Part shown: in pieces, positions 8,237 through 21,000 of the stretch | Position numbering within the stretch: the stretch's first letter is position 1 | How the letters are laid out: the number at the start of each line of letters is the position of its first letter | Assembly (NCBI GenBank): GCA_011523785.1 | Contig: WTFW01000063.1 | Location: forward strand, 1,615-65,614 | Source of the DNA: Chloroflexota bacterium | GTDB lineage: Bacteria; Chloroflexota; UBA11872 | Length of the DNA: 64,000 bases | Direction of reading: 5' to 3' | Translations under genes and position numbers: made by a program | Notes under the pieces: model-generated | Told to the model about the DNA's origin: nothing | The model's database searches: none | The model's input: only the letters and a program-made list of their open reading frames with translations

Positions 8237-10984
8237 ATGTCCCGTCGCCGCGCGTTGAGCGTCCTGGCCGTGGCCACGGCGACGACGGCCTGCGAGATTG
8301 GCGGCTTTGGCGCCGAGTCGTCGCCGACGGCCGATTCCGGCGCCCCGCGCACCCCGCCTCCTTACCTGGCGCCGGCACCGCAGCCGCTGCCGCCGCCCGT
8401 TCGGCTGCCGGCGATTCTCTCGGACTTTGCGGGCACCGGGGAGATTGGCAATGCGGGGGACGGCGGTCCCGCCCTGGCGGCGATGTTCCGCAGCGTGGGT
8501 GGCGTGGTGGTTGGCTCGGACGGGGTGGTCTATGTCTCCGATCCGAGCGCCAGCCGGATTCGGCGAATTCGAGCCGACGGCGTGATCGAGGCGCTGGCCG
8601 GAACCGGAGTCCGCGGCTTTGGGGGAGACGGCGGACACGCGTTGGCGGCGGACTTCACGGACCCGAGCCGGTTGCTGGTCGACCAGGTCGGCACGCTGTT
8701 TGTCGCCGAACTCGATCGAGTGCGCCGTATCGACGCGTCGGGCCTGGTGTCGACGATTCTCGGGGACGGGCACGCGGGATTGGAAGGCGACGGGGGACCG
8801 GCCGCGTTTGCCAGAACGGCCGGTAACGAGGGCATGGCGATCGACGGCGACGGCAACCTCTTCATCGCCGAGCGGGCGGCCAACCGGGTCCGCCGAGTCG
8901 ATACCCGCGGCAACGTGACCAGAGTGGCCGGTACCGGCGTTCCAGGCAGTGACGGCGACGGCGGACCGGCGCTGTCCGCAACTCTCAATCAGCCGGTGGA
9001 CGTGGATGTGGACGGTCAGGGCAATTTACTGATAGCCGAACTGGCCGGAAACCGAATTCGCCGGGTCTCCACCACCGGTGTGATCGACACGATTGCCGGC
9101 ACCGGGCTGCCGGGTGGAGGCGGTGACGGTGGTCCGGCAACGGCGGCGGAACTCCACGGACCGCAAAGTGTGGTTGTAGACGCCAGTGGCGCGATATTCA
9201 TCGCCGACTGGAACAACCGCCGCATCCGCCGCATTCACCCAGACGGCACCATGCAGACGGTCGCCGGGCTGGTGGGAGGCCGAGTTGAATCCGGCGGACC
9301 GGCCCTGGAGTCGCGGTTGACGCTCCCGCTGGCGATCACGCCGACGCTCGATGGTCGCCTGCTCATTGTGGAGCAGAGCGCGCGACGAATTCGTGCGCTC
9401 GTGCCAGCGCCACAGCCCGGAGCGGAAGCCGCGTCGCCTTCGACATCCGATACACAACCGGCCGACGCGGCGCCCGCGCCGGTCGCCTTTGTGCCGCCGG
9501 CGCCCGCCCTGCAGAGCGGCGCTCCGCTCGCCGGTGACCTCGTGGCGGAGGTCTTTGCCGGTACCGGCGAATCCGGAAACGCCGCCGACGGAGAGTTTCG
9601 GCTCAGCGCCGCGTTGGCATCGCCGCGAGGCATCGCCATTGACGGAATCGGTCGTCTGCTGATTGCCGACACGGGCAATCATCGAATCCGCCGCCTCGAT
9701 CCCGATGGCGTGGTGCGCGTCATCGCCGGGACCGGGGAGTCTGGGAGCGCCGGTGACGGCCTGGCCGCCGCGGCGGCCCAGCTCAACCGTCCCTCGGCAC
9801 TCGCGGTCGATTCGAACGGATCGATCTATGTGGCTGACTCGGGCAATTTCCGGATACGCAAAATCGACCCGGACGGCATCATCACCACGTTTGCCGGCGG
9901 TTCGCAGCCCGGTGTCGGCGGCGATGGCGGTCCCGCCCGCGACGCCCAGTTCACCGAGCCAGTCGATCTGGCGCTGGGCTCTGACGGATCGCTCTTTGTG
10001 GTGGACGGGCCGGTTCACCGAGTGCGCGTGATCCGCCCGGATGGCCTGATTCACGCCTTTGCGGGAAGCGGCGTGGACGGCTACGGCGGCGACGGGGGCC
10101 CGGCCACGGAAGCCGCTCTCGGATTTCCGCAGCGGGTGGCCCTCAATGCCGACGGGTCGGTGTTCGTCAGCCAAATCCACGCGGGCATCGTTCGCCGGAT
10201 TGGTGCCGACGGTGTGATCGAGACATTCGCTGGATCCGGCCGGTCGGAGGCGCCCGCGGAAGGTCCGGCCCGCGAGATTGGGCTGGACGCGCCAATCGGA
10301 GTGGCCACCGATGCGGTGGGCGCCGTCTATGTCGTCGCGAGCGGCAGCGGCCAGATTGTCCGAATCGATCCAGGCGGGCACGCCCAGATCATTGCCGGCA
10401 ACCCGCTCGGCCAAGGGCAACCCGGCGACCTGGCTCGCGACATTCCGCTGTTCACGTCGGTGGACATCGCCCTGGGGCCGGATGGGACTGGCTACCTGCT
10501 CGAGGCGCGTGGGCTGATCTGGCGACTCAGTTCCGAGGGGCGAGGCGCGGAGCAGGATTCGAGCAAACAGGAGGCGACGCCAACCGCAACTCCCACTCCC
10601 GCGCTGGACGAGGGAGCGAACGAATCGGCCGAGGCCAACAGCGTTGTGCTGGCTCTGCGGCTTGGGCCCGGGCAGGAGCCTATTCAGCCGACGCTGACAT
10701 TCCACCCTGGGGAGCGAGTCAACGTCTCGATTGAATTCGCCAATGTCGTGCAGGGCTCGCGCCTGGGAATCCGCTGGTTCGCTGGGGATAGCCTGCAAGG
10801 CACCTTCCTGACGGATCCGCAGCCGGTTTACACCCAGGCGCGATTCGGCTTCTGGTTTGGACTTCCGCCGACGGCCGCGCCAGGCCCCTGGCGGGTCGAG
10901 ATCATGGTTGGCTCTCGGGCCATCGCATCCGCGGACTTCGTCGTGACGCCTGGTGAGGTGCGGGTCGTTGCGCCGCCGCCGTAA
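8237..10984 (+). CDS. Exported NHL-repeat (double beta-propeller) lipoprotein with C-terminal Ig-like domain
   Basis: N-terminus MSRRRALSVLAVATATTAC (twin-Arg plus lipobox-like Cys). About 12 repeats of AGTG..G..GDGGPA..A.L..P..V.VD..G..YIAD..N.RIRRI, separated by Pro/Thr/Ala linkers. Alternative start at 8210. Confidence 0.88.
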   Translation: MSRRRALSVLAVATATTACEIGGFGAESSPTADSGAPRTPPPYLAPAPQPLPPPVRLPAILSDFAGTGEIGNAGDGGPALAAMFRSVGGVVVGSDGVVYVSDPSASRIRRIRADGVIEALAGTGVRGFGGDGGHALAADFTDPSRLLVDQVGTLFVAELDRVRRIDASGLVSTILGDGHAGLEGDGGPAAFARTAGNEGMAIDGDGNLFIAERAANRVRRVDTRGNVTRVAGTGVPGSDGDGGPALSATLNQPVDVDVDGQGNLLIAELAGNRIRRVSTTGVIDTIAGTGLPGGGGDGGPATAAELHGPQSVVVDASGAIFIADWNNRRIRRIHPDGTMQTVAGLVGGRVESGGPALESRLTLPLAITPTLDGRLLIVEQSARRIRALVPAPQPGAEAASPSTSDTQPADAAPAPVAFVPPAPALQSGAPLAGDLVAEVFAGTGESGNAADGEFRLSAALASPRGIAIDGIGRLLIADTGNHRIRRLDPDGVVRVIAGTGESGSAGDGLAAAAAQLNRPSALAVDSNGSIYVADSGNFRIRKIDPDGIITTFAGGSQPGVGGDGGPARDAQFTEPVDLALGSDGSLFVVDGPVHRVRVIRPDGLIHAFAGSGVDGYGGDGGPATEAALGFPQRVALNADGSVFVSQIHAGIVRRIGADGVIETFAGSGRSEAPAEGPAREIGLDAPIGVATDAVGAVYVVASGSGQIVRIDPGGHAQIIAGNPLGQGQPGDLARDIPLFTSVDIALGPDGTGYLLEARGLIWRLSSEGRGAEQDSSKQEATPTATPTPALDEGANESAEANSVVLALRLGPGQEPIQPTLTFHPGERVNVSIEFANVVQGSRLGIRWFAGDSLQGTFLTDPQPVYTQARFGFWFGLPPTAAPGPWRVEIMVGSRAIASADFVVTPGEVRVVAPPP

Positions 10985-11042
10985 CCGTCCTGATGCGCTC
11001 CTTGAAGGTATCGGGCTCACCGGCCGTGTCCAAATGCGCTCG

Positions 11043-11048
11043 TAAAAT
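11043..11048 (+). promoter_or_regulatory. Candidate -10 element (TAAAAT) for the grpE operon
   Basis: TAAAAT 32 nt upstream of the grpE ATG. No convincing -35 and no CIRCE inverted repeat. Confidence 0.35.
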
Positions 11049-11080
11049 GGCGCTGAACGCTCCCGGAATCCCTAAACCGC

Positions 11081-11764
11081 ATGGCAGTTGACAGGAACGG
11101 CGCTGACAGCGCCGACGACGAACCGCCGATTGAAGTCAAAGTCACGGACTCTCGGTCCGCGTCAAGCGACGAAGACGAACCGGTCCCGCCGCCGGAGGCC
11201 GATGGCGCCGCTGACGTTCCGACGGACGAGCTGGAGGACTTGAAGGCGCAGGTCGCTCAACTGGATGCGCGCCGACAAGATCTCCTCAATCGACTGACCC
11301 GCGCGCAGGCCGACTTTGCGAACTACCGGCGGCGTACCACGGACGAGGCCCAGGAAGTTGCCAAGTTCGCGAATCAAGCGCTTGCATTTGAGTTGCTGAG
11401 TGTTCTCGACGCCCTGGAGCGCGCGTTTGCGGCAATCCCTTCCGAGCTACGGCTGCTGACCTGGATAGATGGTGTGGCCCTGATCCAGGCGCAGCTGAGT
11501 CGGGTGCTGGAAACCGCGGGAGTGACTCCGATTGAATGCCGTGCGGGCGACTCAATTGACGTGGAGATTCACGAAGTCGTGATGACGGAGGATTCCGAAG
11601 CGACAGCCGTGGTCGCCGAATTGCAGCGCGGATATCGAATGCACGGTCGGGTGATCCGGCCTGCGCTCGTCAAGGCCGGACCGAAGCCCGAAGCGAAAGA
11701 GCCGCCAGCGGAAGATGGTGGCGCGGCTGAAGCATCGCAGGACGAAGCCAGCGGGGCCGTGTGA
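11081..11764 (+). CDS. grpE: Nucleotide exchange factor GrpE
   Basis: Motifs RAQADFANYRRR, LLSVLDALERA and ELQRGYRMHGRVIRPALVK. Confidence 0.95.
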   Translation: MAVDRNGADSADDEPPIEVKVTDSRSASSDEDEPVPPPEADGAADVPTDELEDLKAQVAQLDARRQDLLNRLTRAQADFANYRRRTTDEAQEVAKFANQALAFELLSVLDALERAFAAIPSELRLLTWIDGVALIQAQLSRVLETAGVTPIECRAGDSIDVEIHEVVMTEDSEATAVVAELQRGYRMHGRVIRPALVKAGPKPEAKEPPAEDGGAAEASQDEASGAV

Positions 11765-12867
11765 GCGCCAAGCCCGACTACTACGACGTCTTAGGCGTCG
11801 AACGCACGGCCGGACCAGACGAGATTCGCAAGGCCTATCGTGATCTGGCGCGTCGGCACCATCCGGATGTCAGCCGGGAATCCGACGCCACGGCTCGTTT
11901 TCAGCAGATCAACGAGGCCTACGAGGTACTGCGCGACAAGGAGAAACGGGCGAACTACGACCGATTCGGTCATGACGGGCCGGGGGCGCCCTTCGGTGCG
12001 GGGTTTGACGACTTTGGTGGGATCGGTGATGTCTTCGACGCGTTCTTTGGCGGCGCGCGACGGCCACGGCCCGGAGGAGCGCAGCCTGGAACCGATGCGC
12101 GCGTTGAGGTCGAGCTGGACTTCCTGGAGAGCCTGTTTGGGGTTGAGATCGACGTTAGTTACCGGCGACTTGAGCCCTGCGGCACGTGTAACGGAAACGG
12201 CGCGGCGCCCGGAACCAGGCCCACGAGCTGCGCGCCTTGCCGAGGTACGGGCCAAGTCCAGCGTGCCCAGCGTTCGATCTTCGGCCAGTTCGTCAACGTT
12301 ACGGTCTGCGACACCTGCGGGGGCGCCGGGCAGGTTGTCGAGAGCAAGTGCCCAACGTGCACGGGAATTGGTCTGGAACGCGTCGCCGTGGAGCGCAAGG
12401 TCCGAGTGCCGGCCGGACTTCAGCCGGGCACTGAACTGCGACTCACCGGCGAGGGCAATCACGGCCCGCGCGGGGGCTCGCCGGGCGACCTCTATGTCGG
12501 AATCGATGTCACGCCGCATCCCGTGCTGGAGCGCGACGGCGACAACATACTGAGCAACGTCGTGATCAACGTCGCCGAGGCGGCCCTGGGCGCCAACCTG
12601 GAGGTAGAGACGGCCGACGGTCCCAACTCCGTCAAGATTCCGGCCGGCATCCAGGCCGGAACACCGATTCGGCTACGCGGCAAGGGCGCGCCGCGCCTGC
12701 GCGGGTCAGGACGAGGCGACCACTATCTCTTTGTACACGTGGCTACCCCGACCAAGCTGAACCGGAAGCAACGCGACCTGCTTGAACGCCTGCGTGACAC
12801 CTTGCCTGGCGGCAGCGATTCGGGCGGGCGCAGCTTCGTCGAAAAGATCCGAGCCGCCTTTCGGTGA
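11761..12867 (+). CDS. dnaJ: Chaperone DnaJ
   Basis: J domain with HPD, G/F region, four CxxCxGxG repeats and a C-terminal domain. Confidence 0.97.
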   Translation: MSAKPDYYDVLGVERTAGPDEIRKAYRDLARRHHPDVSRESDATARFQQINEAYEVLRDKEKRANYDRFGHDGPGAPFGAGFDDFGGIGDVFDAFFGGARRPRPGGAQPGTDARVEVELDFLESLFGVEIDVSYRRLEPCGTCNGNGAAPGTRPTSCAPCRGTGQVQRAQRSIFGQFVNVTVCDTCGGAGQVVESKCPTCTGIGLERVAVERKVRVPAGLQPGTELRLTGEGNHGPRGGSPGDLYVGIDVTPHPVLERDGDNILSNVVINVAEAALGANLEVETADGPNSVKIPAGIQAGTPIRLRGKGAPRLRGSGRGDHYLFVHVATPTKLNRKQRDLLERLRDTLPGGSDSGGRSFVEKIRAAFR

Positions 12868-13808
12868 GCGGCCAGTGGGCGGCGATCAGCATTCCTCTGC
12901 GACCAGAGGCGCTGGACGATGTATCCATGACGCTGCAGCGACTCGTCGGCAGAACGTTCGCCGTGGAAACGGGACCAGCGTCGGCGGAGGGGGCGTGGCC
13001 TGTGACCGCCCACGCGTACCTGGCTCCAGGCCAGGGGCAGGCGGCCGCGCGCCGAAGATTGCTACGAGCGCTCGACATGCTACGCATTGCCGGCGACGGG
13101 GTGGTTGGCACGGCGTCGGAGGCGTTCGTCGACGCTGACGCGTACCGTACGCGCTGGCGCGAGTCCTATGCGCCGGTCGCGGTTGGCCGCCGGCTGGTGA
13201 TTGTCCCGGCGTGGCTGGAGCAGCCGCCCGATCAGGCAGATCGGATTCCGATATTTCTCGACTCCGCGATGGCCTTCGGCACCGGACGTCATCCAACGAC
13301 CCAACTTGCGCTGGCGGCCTTGGAAGGTTCGGTGGATCCGGGTGACGTCGTGGTCGACGTTGGGACGGGATCGGGCGTGCTGGCTATCGCCGCGGCCAAG
13401 CTTGGAGCGTCGCGTGTGTACGCGTTCGACCGAGATCCCGAAGCAGGCCCGGCGGCGGCCGCCAATTTCGGGCGAAACGGCGTGTCCGATCGGATCGAGC
13501 TCACCGTTCCGAGTTCACGTCTTCGGACACCGGAACTCGCCGCGCTGGTCGTGGCAAACATCGTGGCATCGGTGCACGTGAAGCTGATGTCGGAATACGC
13601 CGGGCAGCTAGCGCCCGCCGGGCGGCTGTTGCTGAGCGGGGTGATTGACACTCGCGTCGAGGATGTGATTGCGGCCGCGCGGTCCTTCGGCTTCAACTTG
13701 CGACGGGCGGTGGCAGCCGAGGAGTGGCGGCTGCTCGACTTCACCAGGGAGTCACCGCCGACAATCGAAGTGGAAACCTCGGACGTCATGGGAGGTCGTT
13801 GCCAATGA
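12864..13808 (+). CDS. prmA: Ribosomal protein L11 methyltransferase
   Basis: Motifs MAFGTGRHPTT, DVGTGSGVLAIAAAKLGA, VANI and LLSGV; usual position after dnaJ. Confidence 0.93.
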   Translation: MSGQWAAISIPLRPEALDDVSMTLQRLVGRTFAVETGPASAEGAWPVTAHAYLAPGQGQAAARRRLLRALDMLRIAGDGVVGTASEAFVDADAYRTRWRESYAPVAVGRRLVIVPAWLEQPPDQADRIPIFLDSAMAFGTGRHPTTQLALAALEGSVDPGDVVVDVGTGSGVLAIAAAKLGASRVYAFDRDPEAGPAAAANFGRNGVSDRIELTVPSSRLRTPELAALVVANIVASVHVKLMSEYAGQLAPAGRLLLSGVIDTRVEDVIAAARSFGFNLRRAVAAEEWRLLDFTRESPPTIEVETSDVMGGRCQ

Positions 13809-14164
13809 GTTCCAACGCCACTGAGCAGGACTGCGTCTTTTGCGCCATTGCGCGTGGCGACATTCCGAGCGACCGCGTCTATAGCGACGACCACGTGGTG
13901 GCGTTTCGCGATATCAACCCGCAGGCGCCTTCGCACGTGCTGGTAGCGCCTCGGCGGCACGTGGCGAGCGTTGACCAGCTAAGGGACGACGGGGAGTTGC
14001 TGGGACGGGTGATGTCGGTGGCCGTGACGGTTGCGCAGGCGGAGGACCTGGCCGATTCGGGCTATCGCCTTGCAACAAACCATGGACGCGACGGTGCGCA
14101 GACCGTGCCACATCTGCACGTGCACGTGTTGGGCGGCCGTGCCCTGAGCGGACGGCTGGGATAG
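13805..14164 (+). CDS. Histidine triad (HIT/HinT) nucleotide-binding protein
   Basis: ATG 13805 (ATGA overlap). Motifs DCVFCAI, AFRDINPQAPSH and QTVPHLHVHVLGGR. Confidence 0.95.
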   Translation: MSSNATEQDCVFCAIARGDIPSDRVYSDDHVVAFRDINPQAPSHVLVAPRRHVASVDQLRDDGELLGRVMSVAVTVAQAEDLADSGYRLATNHGRDGAQTVPHLHVHVLGGRALSGRLG

Positions 14165-14238
14165 CAGACGGCGCGGGCGGCCCGACGACGGGCAGCTCGA
14201 CTTGGACGCGCTCGGTGCTTGAATCCAGTCCAGGACGC

Positions 14239-14288
14239 CCGGCGGCCCAGGTCGTGCGTTGGGAGCCCAGGGTGACTTGGGCCGCCGG
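14239..14288. repeat. 15-bp inverted repeat overlapping the rpoB -35 box (possible terminator of the grpE operon or operator)
   Basis: CCGGCGGCCCAGGTC (14239-14253) pairs with GACTTGGGCCGCCGG (14274-14288), with one G-U. No U tract follows. Confidence 0.6.
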
Positions 14289-14305
14289 CGGTAGTGTGAT
14301 ACAGT
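14277..14305 (+). promoter_or_regulatory. Sigma70-type promoter for rpoB (-35 plus extended -10)
   Basis: TTGGGC (14277-14282), 17 bp spacer, TACAGT (14300-14305) preceded by TGn. Predicted TSS about 14312. Confidence 0.65.
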
Positions 14306-14311
14306 ACAAGC

Positions 14312-14560
14312 AACGTGGGGGTGTCCGAATAGCTGCTCGGCCGCGAGTCAACTGAAGAGCCACGACCCAGCCGGCATTTGCGGGCTGGGTTACTGTGCCT
14401 TGCGACCACCAGGTACTTATTCGAAAACGGATGTGACGCGCTGACGCAGTACTTGTCGCAGGGCTCTCTGACGACCGCGGCCTCCGTGCGTCGGCGCACT
14501 GCGTTGTTCTACCCACTCCACGATTGGCTGCACACGGGCGCTCGGTCCGTTCGCCGTGGC
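14312..14560 (+). ncRNA. Highly structured RNA / 5' leader upstream of rpoB (family unassigned)
   Basis: Nested helices read by eye, with all wobbles G-U on the + strand; begins at the predicted TSS. See findings. Confidence 0.55.
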
Positions 14561-14619
14561 AGCGGCGTACGCGGGCGCGATCGAATCCGTTCGTCAAGGA
14601 ACGAAGGAGCAGGCGATTC

Positions 14620-18081
<3,462 letters not shown>

Positions 18082-18095
18082 GAGGACCCGAACGA

Positions 18096-21000
18096 ATGCT
18101 TGAAGTCAACAAGTTCAGCGCGATTCGGATCCACCTGGCCTCGCCGGATCAGGTTCGATCCTGGTCGTATGGCGAAGTCGCCAAGCCGGAGACGATCAAT
18201 TACCGCACGCTGAAGCCTGAGCGTGACGGGCTGTTCTGCGAGCGCATCTTTGGCCCAACCAAGGACTGGGAGTGCGCCTGCGGTAAGTACAAGCGCGTGC
18301 GATTCCGCGGCATCATCTGCGACAAGTGCGGCGTTGAAGTCACTCGCTCGCGCGTCCGGCGCGAGCGGATGGGGCACATCGAGCTGGCGGCTCCGATTAC
18401 GCACATCTGGTTCCTCAAGGGCACGCCGAGCCGAATCGGCCAGGTGCTGGACATCACGCCGCGCGATCTCGAGAAGATCGTCTACTTCGCGTCCTTCATC
18501 GTTACCGACCTGGACGCAGAGGCCCGTGATGAAGCACTCGGCCGATTGGACCAAGACTTGGCCGACTACATCGAGGAAATCGAAGATCAGGCGGCGATTC
18601 GCCTGGGCGATGAGCAGGAGCGCCTGGAGGATCAAGTCGCCCAACTTGACTCGCAACTCAGCGATGAGCTGAAGCGCCTGGACACGGAAGTTCAGGCCAG
18701 CGCTGAGTCCATCAACAAGGAAATCGCCGCGCCGCGCAAGCTGCTGACCGCCGTAGGGCACATGAGTCAGCAGAAACTCGAGCGCGACATTGCCTTGAGT
18801 TGGATGAGCGATCCCCTGATCGCCGCGGGCGAGAAGCCACCCGCGGACGCGCTGGCGCAGCTCGACGCCGCGGCTGACGCGGCGATTGCCGACGTGACAT
18901 CCCGCTTCGAAGCCGAGAAGAGTGGCGCCAGCGAGCGCTTCAACCAGACCAAGGCGATGGAGCGCCGCGAAAGCGAACAGAACGTCGCCCGCATCGAAGA
19001 GGACAGGGTTCGGGACATCGGCGACGCTCGCGAGTTCTATGAGGAACGTCGCAAGGACCTGGGGACGCTGGAGCGAGGCCAGTTGCTCTCGGAGCCTCGT
19101 CACCAGGATCTCACTCGCACCTGCGGCGATGTGCTGGACGCGGGCGGTCGGGTGCGTCATCCGAGTGTCTTCGAGGCCGGCATTGGCGCGGAAGCCATCC
19201 TCGACCTGATTGCTGACGTGAATCTTGATGAACTCGCGGACGAGTTGCGTGAGGAGTTGAACGCGACTTCGAAGCAGCGGCAGAAGAAAGCCGCCAAGCG
19301 GCTGAAGGTCGTGGAGGCGTTCCGCCGCTCGGGCAACCGTCCGGAATGGATGATCCTGAACGTGCTGCCGGTGTTGCCGCCGGAATTGCGACCCATGGTG
19401 CAGCTGGACGGTGGACGCTTTGCCACCAGTGACCTGAACGATCTCTACCGCCGGGTAATCAACCGCAACAACCGGCTCAAGCGACTGATTGAGCTCGGGG
19501 CGCCCGAGATCATCGTGCGCAATGAGAAGCGCATGCTGCAGGAGGCCGTTGACGCGCTGATTGACAATGGGCGGCGCGGTCGCGCCGTGACGGGATCGTC
19601 GAACCATCCCTACAAGTCGCTCAGCGACTTGCTGCGCGGCAAGCAGGGCCGCTTCCGCCAGAACCTTTTGGGCAAGCGGGTGGACTACTCCGGGCGCTCC
19701 GTGATCGTGGTGGGTCCGCATCTCAATCTCAACCAGTGCGGCCTCCCAACCAAGATGGCCCTGGAGCTGTTCAAACCGTTCGTGATGCGCAAGCTCGTGG
19801 ACGACGGGCATGCCAGCAACATCAAGAGCGCCAAGCGAATGGTGGAGCATCCCGAGCCGCTGGTGTGGGATGCGTTGGAAGAGGTCACGCGCGACCATCC
19901 CGTGCTCCTCAATCGCGCGCCGACGCTGCACCGGCTGGGGATTCAGGCCTTCGACATCGTGCTAGTGCGCGGCAGCGCCATCCAGATACATCCCCTGGTT
20001 TGCACGGCGTTTAACGCCGACTTCGACGGTGACCAGATGGCTGTCCACGTTCCGCTGAGCCGGGCGGCGCAGGACGAGGCCCGCCACATCATGAAGAGCA
20101 CCCACAACATCCTCTCGCCGGCGGATGGGACGCCCATCGTCAGCCCGACCAAGGACATGGTGCTGGGCGCTTACTATCTGACCCAGAGCCAGTCCGATGA
20201 CCGGGCCGAAGACGATCTCCCGGCGTTCGCCAATTTCACCGACGCCATGCTGGCCTTTGATCACAACGCGGTGGATCTGCAGGACCGGATCCGCCTGCGA
20301 GTTACGCCTGTCGACTTCCCAGACGAGGTGGCCGGCCAGGACGGCCCGGCATTCATCACGACGACCATCGGGCGCATCATGCTCAACCAGGCCATCCCTC
20401 GAGAGTTGCGGTTCGTCAACGAACAGCTGGACAAGGGCGGTCTGCGTCGTGTAATCGAGATGGTGTTCTTCAACACCGACATGGACGTTACCGGCGAGGT
20501 CGCCAACCAGCTCAAGAACCTGGGCATGCAGTGGGCCACGCGCTCGGGCGTGACGATGGGGATCACGGATCTTGAGATCCCTGCGGTCAAGCGCCAGGTC
20601 GAGCAGGAAACGGATGCCCGGGTCAGCGCCATCAGGGCCAGCTTCGACGACGGACTAATCACCGACGACGAACGCTACCGGCTCACCGTCAAGGCCTGGA
20701 CCGATGCCATGGCCACCGTCTCAAGCTCCGTGGAGACGAGCCTCGATCCGATGAGTCCTGTTTTCATGATGGGCAACTCAGGCGCGGCCAAGGGCAACTT
20801 TGACCAGATCCGGCAGATCTCGGGGATGCGTGGACTGATGTCCAACCCGGCTGGCCGGATCATCGAGATGCCCGTACGCGCGAACTTCCGCGAGGGGATG
20901 TCGGCGCACGAGTACTTCATCTCCACGCACGGCGGACGCAAGGGGCTGGCCGACACGGCGCTCCGCACCGCCGACAGTGGCTATCTCACCCGCCGGCTGG

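Noticed and set aside
8400..10500. Recurring GGCGACGGCGG-like DNA repeats as CRISPR or tandem repeat
   Set aside because: They are degenerate coding repeats of the NHL blades, in frame, with no identical repeats or cas genes.
9026..11020. 664-aa antisense ORF over the NHL gene
   Set aside because: Shadow ORF from high GC and codon bias; no recognisable motifs; fully overlaps a well-supported gene.
10993..11041. ATGCGCTC direct repeat upstream of grpE as an operator
   Set aside because: Only two 8-bp copies, matching no heat-shock operator I know; chance is plausible.
14524..14619. N-terminal extension of RpoB from TTG 14524
   Set aside because: AAGGAG RBS supports ATG 14620; the extension is not RpoB-like.
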